Part shown: piece after piece, positions 1-7,463 of the stretch | Position numbering within the stretch: position 1 is the stretch's first letter | Layout: each line of letters starts with the position of its first letter | Assembly: GCA_041499075.1 (NCBI GenBank) | Contig: JBGQJN010000002.1 | Span: 1 to 51,940, forward strand | Length of the DNA: 51,940 nucleotides | Source of the DNA: Minisyncoccia bacterium | GTDB taxonomy: Bacteria; Patescibacteriota; Minisyncoccia; 2-02-FULL-40-12; IGHO2-01-FULL-4-A | Direction: 5' to 3' | Translations under genes and position numbers: made by a program | The notes under the pieces: model-generated | What the model saw: the letters and a program-made list of their open reading frames with translations, nothing else | Databases searched by the model: none | What the model was told of the DNA's origin: nothing

Positions 1-1
1 C

Positions 2-973
2 GACATTGCGAAAGACTTCGCGAAGGACACCAATAAACTCCCGCGCATCGGCGTGACGGTAGACATGCTCGCCACCGGTTTTGACTGTCCTGAAATCCTG
101 AACATTCTGCTTGCACGCCCGATCTTCGATCCAATCACGTACCAACAGATCAAGGGACGAGGTACGCGCCTTTGCCCAGAAATTGGCAAGAAAGAGTTCG
201 TAGTTTTCGACTTCTGTGGCGTAGTTGCGTACTTTGACGAGAAGTACGACTGGGAAGCTCCCGCAAAATTGGCCCGTGAAGGAAGTTTGGCCACCGGTTC
301 GACCGTTACCGCAGATTCTGGAGATGTGGGCCCCGTTGAAGAAGATAAGGGCCTTTCCGGGCCTCGTGTCTCCCAAACCCCTGACGTGGTTCTGACCCGT
401 GACGTAATAACCCTCCCTGAGGGCGACACTGTGGACCGGAACATGTACCGAGATGAGTGGACTAAAGCGGTTCAAACTTTCATGAGTAAAAAAACCGATA
501 TGGTCTCCGGAGCTCTTGAGGATCCGGACAAGGTTGAAGATCTTATCGAAGAAATTAACTCAACTCTCCTCAACAAGCCAAAACTCTACTTCAACGAAGA
601 AAACTTGCAGGTCTCACACCGCATCGTTGCCGGTGTGCGTGAGTTCTTCTTGTCTGCTATCGGCAAAGAGCCACTTCCAACTCGAGACGAACAACTCGCT
701 TCGTTCAAAGAGGCACTGGTGAACAAGTTTGCACAATCCGATAAGCCTGAGAGTTCCTTCAAGCGTGCAGTTATGGTCGAGTTCATTGCAGATCAAGCAA
801 TCTCAAATGATAAGTTCCGCACGACTGTTCAAGCAAATCCAACACTCGACTTTCTACGTTGGGATGAGTTCGCACAAGCCTACTCCGTGAGCGAGTGGCT
901 GGATGTTTTCTCAAAAGAGGAGCTTACTGAGCTTGTGTCGGACATTTCGAACGCGAAGATACTGACACTATAA
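2..973 (+). CDS. hsdR: Type I restriction enzyme R subunit (HsdR), C-terminal part; the 5' end lies upstream of the window
   Basis: The frame is open from base 2 (DIAKDF...). It contains VTVDMLATGFDCPE and QQIKGRGTRL, helicase motifs V/VI as in EcoKI-type HsdR. The stop at 971-973 is 4 nt before the methylase gene. Confidence 0.8.
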   Translation, partial: DIAKDFAKDTNKLPRIGVTVDMLATGFDCPEILNILLARPIFDPITYQQIKGRGTRLCPEIGKKEFVVFDFCGVVAYFDEKYDWEAPAKLAREGSLATGSTVTADSGDVGPVEEDKGLSGPRVSQTPDVVLTRDVITLPEGDTVDRNMYRDEWTKAVQTFMSKKTDMVSGALEDPDKVEDLIEEINSTLLNKPKLYFNEENLQVSHRIVAGVREFFLSAIGKEPLPTRDEQLASFKEALVNKFAQSDKPESSFKRAVMVEFIADQAISNDKFRTTVQANPTLDFLRWDEFAQAYSVSEWLDVFSKEELTELVSDISNAKILTL

Positions 974-977
974 AACC

Positions 978-2963
978 ATGGACACCATTTCACTCTATAA
1001 AAACAGGATTGATGCGCTGATGGACATTCTCTTTGGTGCGGGAGTGTCTAATCCTCAGACGATCATCGAACAATTGAACTACCTGCTCTTTCTTCGCGCG
1101 CTTTCCATCAAAGACGATGAGGCAGAGCTGCTCGGAATCACTGATCAGAGCGAGAAGATCTTCACAGGAGATCTCGCAAAGTACCGATGGCAGAACCTAC
1201 TCGCACTCAATGCAGAAGACTTGTTCAAAACGCTAGAAACTTCTTTCGATCTCCTGCAAAAGAAATCGAAAAATCCCACGGTTAAGTTACTTTTCCGCAA
1301 TGCTCATATCAAGATCTTCGACAAGCCAACACTTCGTCGCGTTCTGCATGAGATAGAGACGTTCGCAAAGGAACTCGACGCGATCGCGCACGAAGGAAAC
1401 AAAGACGTATTCGGTGACATGTACGAGTATCTGCTTTCGAAGCTCTCCTCGGCTGGAACAAACGGGCAGTTCAGAACTCCACGTCACATTATCGACTTCA
1501 TGGTCAAAGTCGTTGATCCAAAGAAAAACGAAACGATACTCGATCCGGCATGCGGAACAGCGGGCTTCCTTGTCGCCGCATATCGTTATATTGCCGGTGA
1601 GTACACCAGTGACAAGCTAAAGAAAGCTGGCAGCCCTCGCGCGATGGATAAACTGTCGGCTGACGAGAAAAACTTCCTGTTCAACCACATGTTCACCGGC
1701 TTCGACAGCGATGAGGACATGATCAAGTTCGGAATGATGAATCTCCATCTCCACGGACTGACAAAGTCACGTCTAGCTCGACAAAACTCACTCACTGACA
1801 CGACGGGGATGAAAGACAAGTTTGATGTCATCCTAGCTAACCCGCCATTCAGTGGGAAGATCGACGAAGAAAGCGTCTCGGAAGATCTGCGTATGGGAAC
1901 AAAGGCAACTGAACTTCTTTTCCTGCGCTTCATGATGGACCACCTCTCACTCAAAGGTAAACTTGCTGTGATTGTCCCAGAGGGGGTTGTGTTCAATGCT
2001 TCGAAAGCCCACACTAAAATCAGGCAAATGCTAATTGAGAAAGGACTTTGGGCTGTTGTTTCATTACCCTCAGGTGTCTTTAATCCTTACGCTGGAGTTA
2101 AGACCAGCCTGCTTTTCCTCGATCAAGAATTAGCTAAAACAAAAGACGAGTTGCTGTTCGTAAAAATCGAGAATGACGGTTTTGACTTAGGTGCGCAACG
2201 ACGACCGTTGGGAAACAATGACCTTCCTTCAGCATTTGAGGCGTTGTCTCAATGGAAGGTTGGAAAGAAAGTCAAAAGTGAACTGACGACTTGGGCCAAC
2301 AAAGAAAAGATCTTAAATAATGTCGACTTAAGTCTTTCAGGTGATCGTTATCAGATGGCAGCGGAGCACAGTAATACAAAATGGCCATTGGTAGAGTTGG
2401 GTGAAGTCTGTGAGATCAATCCTAAAAAAAGTGAGCTCTCTCAACTTCCAAAAGACACACTCGTCTCCTTTGTGCCAATGGCAGATCTACCTGAAAATAA
2501 AAGTACTTTTGACGCAGTACAATCGAGGAAACTTGGTGAAGTAATAAAAGGCTATACGTACTTCAAAAACGATGATGTCCTTCTTGCTAAGGTTACGCCA
2601 TGCTTCGAGAACGGAAAGGCGGGGATCGCTAAAGACTTAAGCAACCAAGTCGGTTTCGGGTCGAGCGAGTTTATAGTTCTGCGATCGTCTCAAAAAATCC
2701 TCCCCGAGCTTATTTATTACTTCATTACGACAGATGAGTTCAGGAAGCTCGGCAAAAAACGTATGACGGGTACAGGAGGCTTAAAGCGCGTCCCTACAGA
2801 CTTTGTTAAGACATTCAAAGTTCCACTCCCTCCTTTGGCAGTCCAAAAACAGATTGTGGCTGAACTCAAAAAAGACGAGGAGCAAGTTAAGAAAAAGGAG
2901 GGTGAAATTGCTCATCTCAGAAAGGAGATGAAGGATAAAGTTGCACAGGTTTGGTCGGCGTAG
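978..2963 (+). CDS. Type I R-M methyltransferase fused to a single-TRD specificity module (HsdM-HsdS half fusion)
   Basis: N6-adenine MTase motifs LDPACGTAGFLV (motif I) and ILANPPFSGK (motif IV). From about residue 470 there is an HsdS-like target recognition domain (WPLVELGEVCEINPKK..VSFVPMADL..KVTPCFENGK..GSSEFIVLR). It ends in the conserved helical LPPLAVQKQIVAEL region. Confidence 0.8.
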   Translation: MDTISLYKNRIDALMDILFGAGVSNPQTIIEQLNYLLFLRALSIKDDEAELLGITDQSEKIFTGDLAKYRWQNLLALNAEDLFKTLETSFDLLQKKSKNPTVKLLFRNAHIKIFDKPTLRRVLHEIETFAKELDAIAHEGNKDVFGDMYEYLLSKLSSAGTNGQFRTPRHIIDFMVKVVDPKKNETILDPACGTAGFLVAAYRYIAGEYTSDKLKKAGSPRAMDKLSADEKNFLFNHMFTGFDSDEDMIKFGMMNLHLHGLTKSRLARQNSLTDTTGMKDKFDVILANPPFSGKIDEESVSEDLRMGTKATELLFLRFMMDHLSLKGKLAVIVPEGVVFNASKAHTKIRQMLIEKGLWAVVSLPSGVFNPYAGVKTSLLFLDQELAKTKDELLFVKIENDGFDLGAQRRPLGNNDLPSAFEALSQWKVGKKVKSELTTWANKEKILNNVDLSLSGDRYQMAAEHSNTKWPLVELGEVCEINPKKSELSQLPKDTLVSFVPMADLPENKSTFDAVQSRKLGEVIKGYTYFKNDDVLLAKVTPCFENGKAGIAKDLSNQVGFGSSEFIVLRSSQKILPELIYYFITTDEFRKLGKKRMTGTGGLKRVPTDFVKTFKVPLPPLAVQKQIVAELKKDEEQVKKKEGEIAHLRKEMKDKVAQVWSA

Positions 2964-3003
2964 TCTTCCTGCAGGGAATTATGTAAACCATGACAATTTA
3001 TGA

Positions 3004-3375
3004 CAAAAAACGCGGTAGTCGTAAATTGATCCAAATCACTAGAATATGCCTTATTTAGGGAGTAATTTGAGAAAACAGAGATGCTTTTGAGGTATCTCTA
3101 TGACCTCCTAATTTACATGACGCAAAATTACCGCAAATTACCGCAAAAAATGACGGGGTCACAAATCGGTGAATATCACTAAAATACGGCCTAGCTGGCG
3201 TGCGCTTTGCAGTCTTTGCGAGGCTTTTAGGATGTTCCAATTCCGGTAAATTGTCATCATGCCAACTATGCAAATTTAGGCAAAGAAAATGCGGGAGTCG
3301 TAGTTCGACGCATATCGCTAGAAAATGGCTCAGCTGGTGGGCGTTTTGATGACTTTGTTAGGCTTTTAGGGCCTC
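3004..3375. repeat. Three degenerate tandem direct repeats with a 139-140 bp period
   Basis: The motif CAAAAAA.G.CGG..GTC....T.G....ATC.CTA.AA.A..GC recurs with GTC at 3018, 3158 and 3297. Units 2 and 3 also share CAGCTGG.G.GC.TTTG....CTTTG..AGGCTTTTAGG. A small CGCAAA(A)TTAC x3 repeat lies at 3121-3150. Confidence 0.6.
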
Positions 3376-3626
3376 TCAATTAACATCCAATTTGCATCAT
3401 GGCACTCATAGGTCAATACGGGCTCATTTCCACGACATTTACCGTCTTGATCCGGCCGGTCCGGTAAAGGCAAGCAGAGGTTCGTTGGAGACAAGCCTTC
3501 GGTGCGAAAACCCTCTTGATATTGGCGGCCACCCCAATCACACGACGCCCCTGTATGTGTGTAAAAAACGTACGCAAAAATAGCGATCGCCACGATGCCT
3601 AAACCTATCGCGAGAGCCTTATTCAT
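3366..3626 (-). CDS. Hypothetical small membrane-anchored Cys-containing protein (start moved to the internal MNKALAIGLGIV)
   Basis: An N-terminal hydrophobic helix follows the internal Met. This start overlaps the stop of the upstream 76-aa ORF by a few nt. The longer 141-aa version would overlap that ORF heavily. Confidence 0.4.
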   Translation of the reverse strand: MNKALAIGLGIVAIAIFAYVFYTHTGASCDWGGRQYQEGFRTEGLSPTNLCLPLPDRPDQDGKCRGNEPVLTYECHDANWMLIERP

Positions 3627-3849
3627 TTTCGATTGTGTACTCATTGGAGTTCGGTGGAATAGGAACGAAGATAGAGTCGACTTTAACCTCAGTTGGATCT
3701 GCGACATCGATGTCGCGGTCCTTCTTGGTCGTCGTGTGATAGACGGTGAAAATCCATCCACCGGGCACACGAAGTACCGAACTCTCACCACCGCCCCAAC
3801 TGTCTATTCGCTGACCTACCTCCATCTTCAACTGTGCATTTTCATTCAT
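3619..3849 (-). CDS. Hypothetical small protein (76 aa)
   Basis: ORF with protein-like composition. No recognisable domain and a weak RBS. Confidence 0.4.
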   Translation of the reverse strand: MNENAQLKMEVGQRIDSWGGGESSVLRVPGGWIFTVYHTTTKKDRDIDVADPTEVKVDSIFVPIPPNSNEYTIENE

Positions 3850-4392
3850 AAGCGTGATCCGACTTATTAGCTGATAAACACAAAACCCGTCACGGGTCTC
3901 TGGCTTTCGCCAGACGTACAGGTTTCCCCATACGGCGGATCACGCAAACCCCATGACGGGTTCTCTATGCGCGATCCGACTTTCCAGCCATGCCACCGGC
4001 GAACCGATGGTTTAGGCTGTTGCCCTTGCGGGGCTATTCAACTGCTCTTACAGCGTAGCAAAAAAGTGCGAAAAAAGACACTTTTGACGGCACATGGCAC
4101 CAAAGTTATCCACTTGCAGGAAAAAACGGCGGCCGGGATAATATGAGTACGTCGTTCTTTGAAGTTCCAGACAATTCATAAACTGTTGGAGTCTTTCTTC
4201 GGGTAAAACCGTTGGAAGCAACCTCACCGACACAGCAATGTGTTCGTGAGCTACTGAGCTGTATTCAGTGTCAGTGGACCGTTATGCGTACTACGTTAGT
4301 GGCATCGCAGTAGAAATACTGCGTCGAACACACTGTAAAAAGTGTGTCAGGTTATGGAGCCCGAGAGTCAACACTCTCGAGTTGGGATTAGA

Positions 4393-4452
4393 GCCCAAGA
4401 AACTGTAGGTGATGAAAAATCGCCTGTAGTTTCTTGGGCTTCTTTGTTTCCC
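4393..4452 (+). terminator. Long hairpin plus T-rich tract (terminator-like, or a recombinase-associated palindrome)
   Basis: 17-bp stem 4393-4409/4423-4439 with two G-U pairs that only work on the + strand. The loop is 13 nt, followed by TTCTTTGTTT. Confidence 0.5.
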
Positions 4453-4657
4453 GGCGTATGCCCCGTGATCACACTCGAACAATTCAAAAAAGCCCTTGGG
4501 CCGTGCGCCGAAGGAAAAAGCGATGAACAACTCATTCGCCTAATGGATCAGCAAGCGAGACTTGCTGGCGCACTTTTCGATATGTGGAGAAAAAGCCTTA
4601 AAGAGGATTCGCAAAAATCGAGTGGATATAGTGCGAAGAACTCGGTAACATAAAGCT

Positions 4658-6355
4658 ATGAAGGATGCGACTGAATACTGCGTCATAGACTGTCGTGTAA
4701 GTGACCCTAGTCAATTGGAGGGAGGCAGTCTTGACGATCAAGAAATAATTGGGCGACTTGAAGCTCAGAAGTTAGGCCTTAAGATATCTAAGGTCTTTAA
4801 GAAGCCTCACTCGGCTACTACGTCCGAAAGAGATGATATTGAGGAGATATTAAGTTACATAAAAGGAGAGAGAGCGAAAGGGGTTAACCTCACGAAGTAC
4901 ATTGCTAAGAGCATCGATAGGATGACTCGCATGGGATATCCGGCCTTCTTGGACTTCAAAAATGAACTTGAGCATATTGGAGTCGCCATTGTCGATGCTC
5001 AGGGTATTATTCAACCAAAAAGAAACACGTTAGGACATTTCCCCGGAAACTTCGAGTACAAGTGGAGCGTGCACTCTCCAAGCGAGGCGGGAGAAATGCT
5101 CGAGGCATACAAAGGTAAAGCGGAAGTTAGGGACATTTTGACAAGGATGGTGGGAGCGGAAATCAAACTTGTTCAAGATGGATACGCGGTGCGGAGAGCT
5201 CCTGATGGTCTGAAAAACAAACGTGTCATGGTTGATGGAAAGAAGAAGGTTATTAGAGAGGCTAACCCAGAGCGCGTGGACTATTTCATAAAGATGTTCG
5301 AGCTCCTTGCTGATGGTGCGGATTACCCAGAAGTTGCCGACCGTCTGAACGCAGTCGGGTTTAAGACTCAAGTCTACGACCGATGGGACAGAAGCGACAA
5401 AGAAAACCCAAAAGTTGTCGGTAAAAAAGGCGGCAGTCCACTAACGGCCAAACAATTACAGCGATACATCTTGCAGACTGAGTACGCAGGCGTGAGCTAC
5501 GAGAAGTGGACAAAGCATCGGCCTGTAAAAATGCAGCAGTTCAACGGAATTGTGCCCATTGATACATTCAATAAAGCGAATCGAGGGAAAATCTATATCA
5601 GAATGAATAAGGATGAGACGGTCGAAGTTTTGCACAATTACTCACCGTGGGGCAGAGTTAAACGTCTCAAGGATAATCCGAAGTATCCATGGAAATGCAT
5701 CCTCTGTCCCTCCTGTCAGTCAGAGATGCTCGGCAGTTCTGCAAAAGGCAAGTACGATGGGTATCACTGCGGTGCTTGGAAGTCAGGAAAGCGGGCACAC
5801 AAGCATTTTCGAGTGACGAAAAAGGACTTTGAAGATAGCGTATGTGCTTACTTGGACAATCTGAAGTTCGAGGAAGGGTTCATGGCAGGTCTTGAATTGC
5901 ATCTTGTCGAGGAATATCGCAAGAAAGAAAAGGAGATCCTTATCGACTCCTCTCTGATCAGCAGGACTGTTTCTGACCTCAAGGCAGAACTTGCTCAAAA
6001 GATCCACGCATTCGGTCTAGCAGAGAGTCCAACAATGCGAAGGCACCTTGAAGCACAAGCAGAGGCATTGGAAACGCAAATTGAGAAGGCGGAGGGAGAG
6101 CGTGGTCGTGTTGAGCTCAACGAGAGAAGCATTCGAGGATTTCGACGCTACGTTGAATACGTAATGGAACATCCGGCAGAAATCCTGACAAAGGCTGACA
6201 ATTTGCAGGCTCGACGGGCACTTATGAGCCTGTTCTTCGAGGAAATGCCGACCTACCATGACATACTCAATGGAACTGCAAAACTAACAAGCCTATTCAG
6301 GCTTTCTGAAGCATTTAAGGTTGATAAAACCCAACTGGTGAGCCCACCGGAGTAA
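4658..6355 (+). CDS. Large serine recombinase (integrase)
   Basis: N-terminal resolvase-type catalytic motif (VIDCRVSDPSQ), a recombinase domain, a zinc ribbon (CILCPSCQSE...YHCG) and a C-terminal coiled-coil. At 565 aa the size fits the family. Confidence 0.85.
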   Translation: MKDATEYCVIDCRVSDPSQLEGGSLDDQEIIGRLEAQKLGLKISKVFKKPHSATTSERDDIEEILSYIKGERAKGVNLTKYIAKSIDRMTRMGYPAFLDFKNELEHIGVAIVDAQGIIQPKRNTLGHFPGNFEYKWSVHSPSEAGEMLEAYKGKAEVRDILTRMVGAEIKLVQDGYAVRRAPDGLKNKRVMVDGKKKVIREANPERVDYFIKMFELLADGADYPEVADRLNAVGFKTQVYDRWDRSDKENPKVVGKKGGSPLTAKQLQRYILQTEYAGVSYEKWTKHRPVKMQQFNGIVPIDTFNKANRGKIYIRMNKDETVEVLHNYSPWGRVKRLKDNPKYPWKCILCPSCQSEMLGSSAKGKYDGYHCGAWKSGKRAHKHFRVTKKDFEDSVCAYLDNLKFEEGFMAGLELHLVEEYRKKEKEILIDSSLISRTVSDLKAELAQKIHAFGLAESPTMRRHLEAQAEALETQIEKAEGERGRVELNERSIRGFRRYVEYVMEHPAEILTKADNLQARRALMSLFFEEMPTYHDILNGTAKLTSLFRLSEAFKVDKTQLVSPPE

Positions 6356-6368
6356 GCTCCTGCGGGCG

Positions 6369-6671
6369 TTAGTGATATAGAGTTGCCATCTGAAAGTAAT
6401 CCTCAACCCTAGCGCACACGTTTATTTCCCATAAGTCCACGACAGTCTTGGCAAGCCACGATAAAATTAGAAAAAAAGCTAGATCTAGTCTCTCTCCGAA
6501 GATTCTGTAACCGTAGGCCTTAAAAATCACAAATGATAAGCAACTTACCGCTAGAATTTGCACAAGCCGGTAAAGATCTTCACGCCGCATTGACGAAAGT
6601 ACTATTAGTAAAAGAAAAACTACTGTCAGTATGGAATCAATTTTGTTAAAAAGATACCATAAGTGTTCCAT
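6369..6671 (-). CDS. Small hydrophobic protein (100 aa), possibly altered at its C-terminus by the adjacent element
   Basis: Near-consensus promoter and a GGAGG RBS lie upstream. Several hydrophobic segments are present. Confidence 0.6.
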   Translation of the reverse strand: MEHLWYLFNKIDSILTVVFLLLIVLSSMRREDLYRLVQILAVSCLSFVIFKAYGYRIFGERLDLAFFLILSWLAKTVVDLWEINVCARVEDYFQMATLYH

Positions 6672-6688
6672 TTTCAGCCTCCAGACTC

Positions 6689-6717
6689 ATTATACCAAAC
6701 CAACTATATGAAGTCAA
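6689..6717 (-). promoter_or_regulatory. Sigma70-type promoter (TTGACT-17 nt-TATAAT)
   Basis: -35 at 6712-6717 and -10 at 6689-6694 (- strand) with a 17-nt spacer. GGAGG and the ATG at 6671 follow. Confidence 0.6.
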
Positions 6718-6745
6718 GATAAGATGGATTTGAGATTATTGATGA

Positions 6746-6809
6746 GGGTGGAGCGATACGTTCAGCCTGTTGGCCTCAGTATTTCCTCGCTTCCGCTCGT
6801 CAATTATTT
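6746..6809. repeat. Intergenic segment homologous to the rpmG/tRNA-Trp spacer (copy B)
   Basis: Shares GG.GGAGCGATAC.TTC.GCCTGT and TCAGTATTTCCTCGC.T.C.CTCGTCAA.TATTT with 13119-13195. Confidence 0.55.
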
Positions 6810-7463
6810 TACCCCATCCATCTTAACAGGTGCCATGTTTTCGCGCCGAGATTTTAACTGCTCAAAACGCTTCTGACGCTTGATTTGTCTAAGTGTCTTG
6901 GCGTCGCTGTAGATCGGGATTAGTATCATGGTGGATACGTAGCCGATCATGGCTAGTAAAATTAAAACAATCCCGAAACCGAATTTATCGGCTAGTATAG
7001 AGCCGAGATAAGCACTGGCACCGGTAGACAAACCGATAGCAATATCCTCAAGTGACCATTCAAAGCCGGTTCGTCCCCTGTCAATATGATCAGTAAAAAG
7101 GATGCGCCATGAAGGAACAGCCAATGAATTTGCCAAGCCGAATACGAATTGAATCAGGTAAATATGCCAGGGCAGGCTTGCAAGCAGGTAAAAAAGTGGC
7201 ACCGAAGAAATCACAAAATTTCCGATTACTGCAAAGTAGAATTCATCGCGCTCGCCGTCAGTTCGATCCATGAAGCGCGACATAGGAACAGTAGTTAGGG
7301 TACGCGCTATCCAGTAAAAAGCAGTCGCCAAACCGATTACCCGTAAAGATCCGCCGTGGATATCTTTTAGAATAAATACAGCAAAAATCGGCGCTAAAAG
7401 GCCGAAAGCAAAATTCAAAACGAAGTCTGAAACTACAAGATGGCGTATGACACGATTTACCAT
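6804..7463 (-). CDS. Half-length MFS-like membrane protein (about 6 TM helices)
   Basis: Hydrophobic profile and MFS-like loop motifs. It is half the usual MFS length. Its start overlaps the stop of the upstream protease gene by 1 nt (TAATG). Confidence 0.5.
   Translation of the reverse strand: MVNRVIRHLVVSDFVLNFAFGLLAPIFAVFILKDIHGGSLRVIGLATAFYWIARTLTTVPMSRFMDRTDGERDEFYFAVIGNFVISSVPLFYLLASLPWHIYLIQFVFGLANSLAVPSWRILFTDHIDRGRTGFEWSLEDIAIGLSTGASAYLGSILADKFGFGIVLILLAMIGYVSTMILIPIYSDAKTLRQIKRQKRFEQLKSRRENMAPVKMDGVK

Larger units (their letters stand above)
1..6420. mobile_element. Putative integrated mobile element (right-hand part): type I R-M, non-coding repeat region and large serine recombinase
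   Basis: Visibly higher G+C than the rest of the window (judged by eye). The recombinase gene sits at the compositional boundary, and R-M cargo is typical of mobile islands. Confidence 0.5.

Noticed and set aside
3055-3273. 72-aa - strand ORF in the hsdMS/recombinase intergenic region
   Set aside because: It lies entirely within the degenerate ~139-bp tandem repeats. It has odd composition and no RBS, so it looks like a by-product of the repeats.
4342-4653. 103-aa + strand ORF upstream of the recombinase
   Set aside because: Its first ~35 codons run through three stable hairpins and a terminator-like stem plus T-tract. Only a short C-terminal piece could plausibly be translated, so it is not reported as a CDS.
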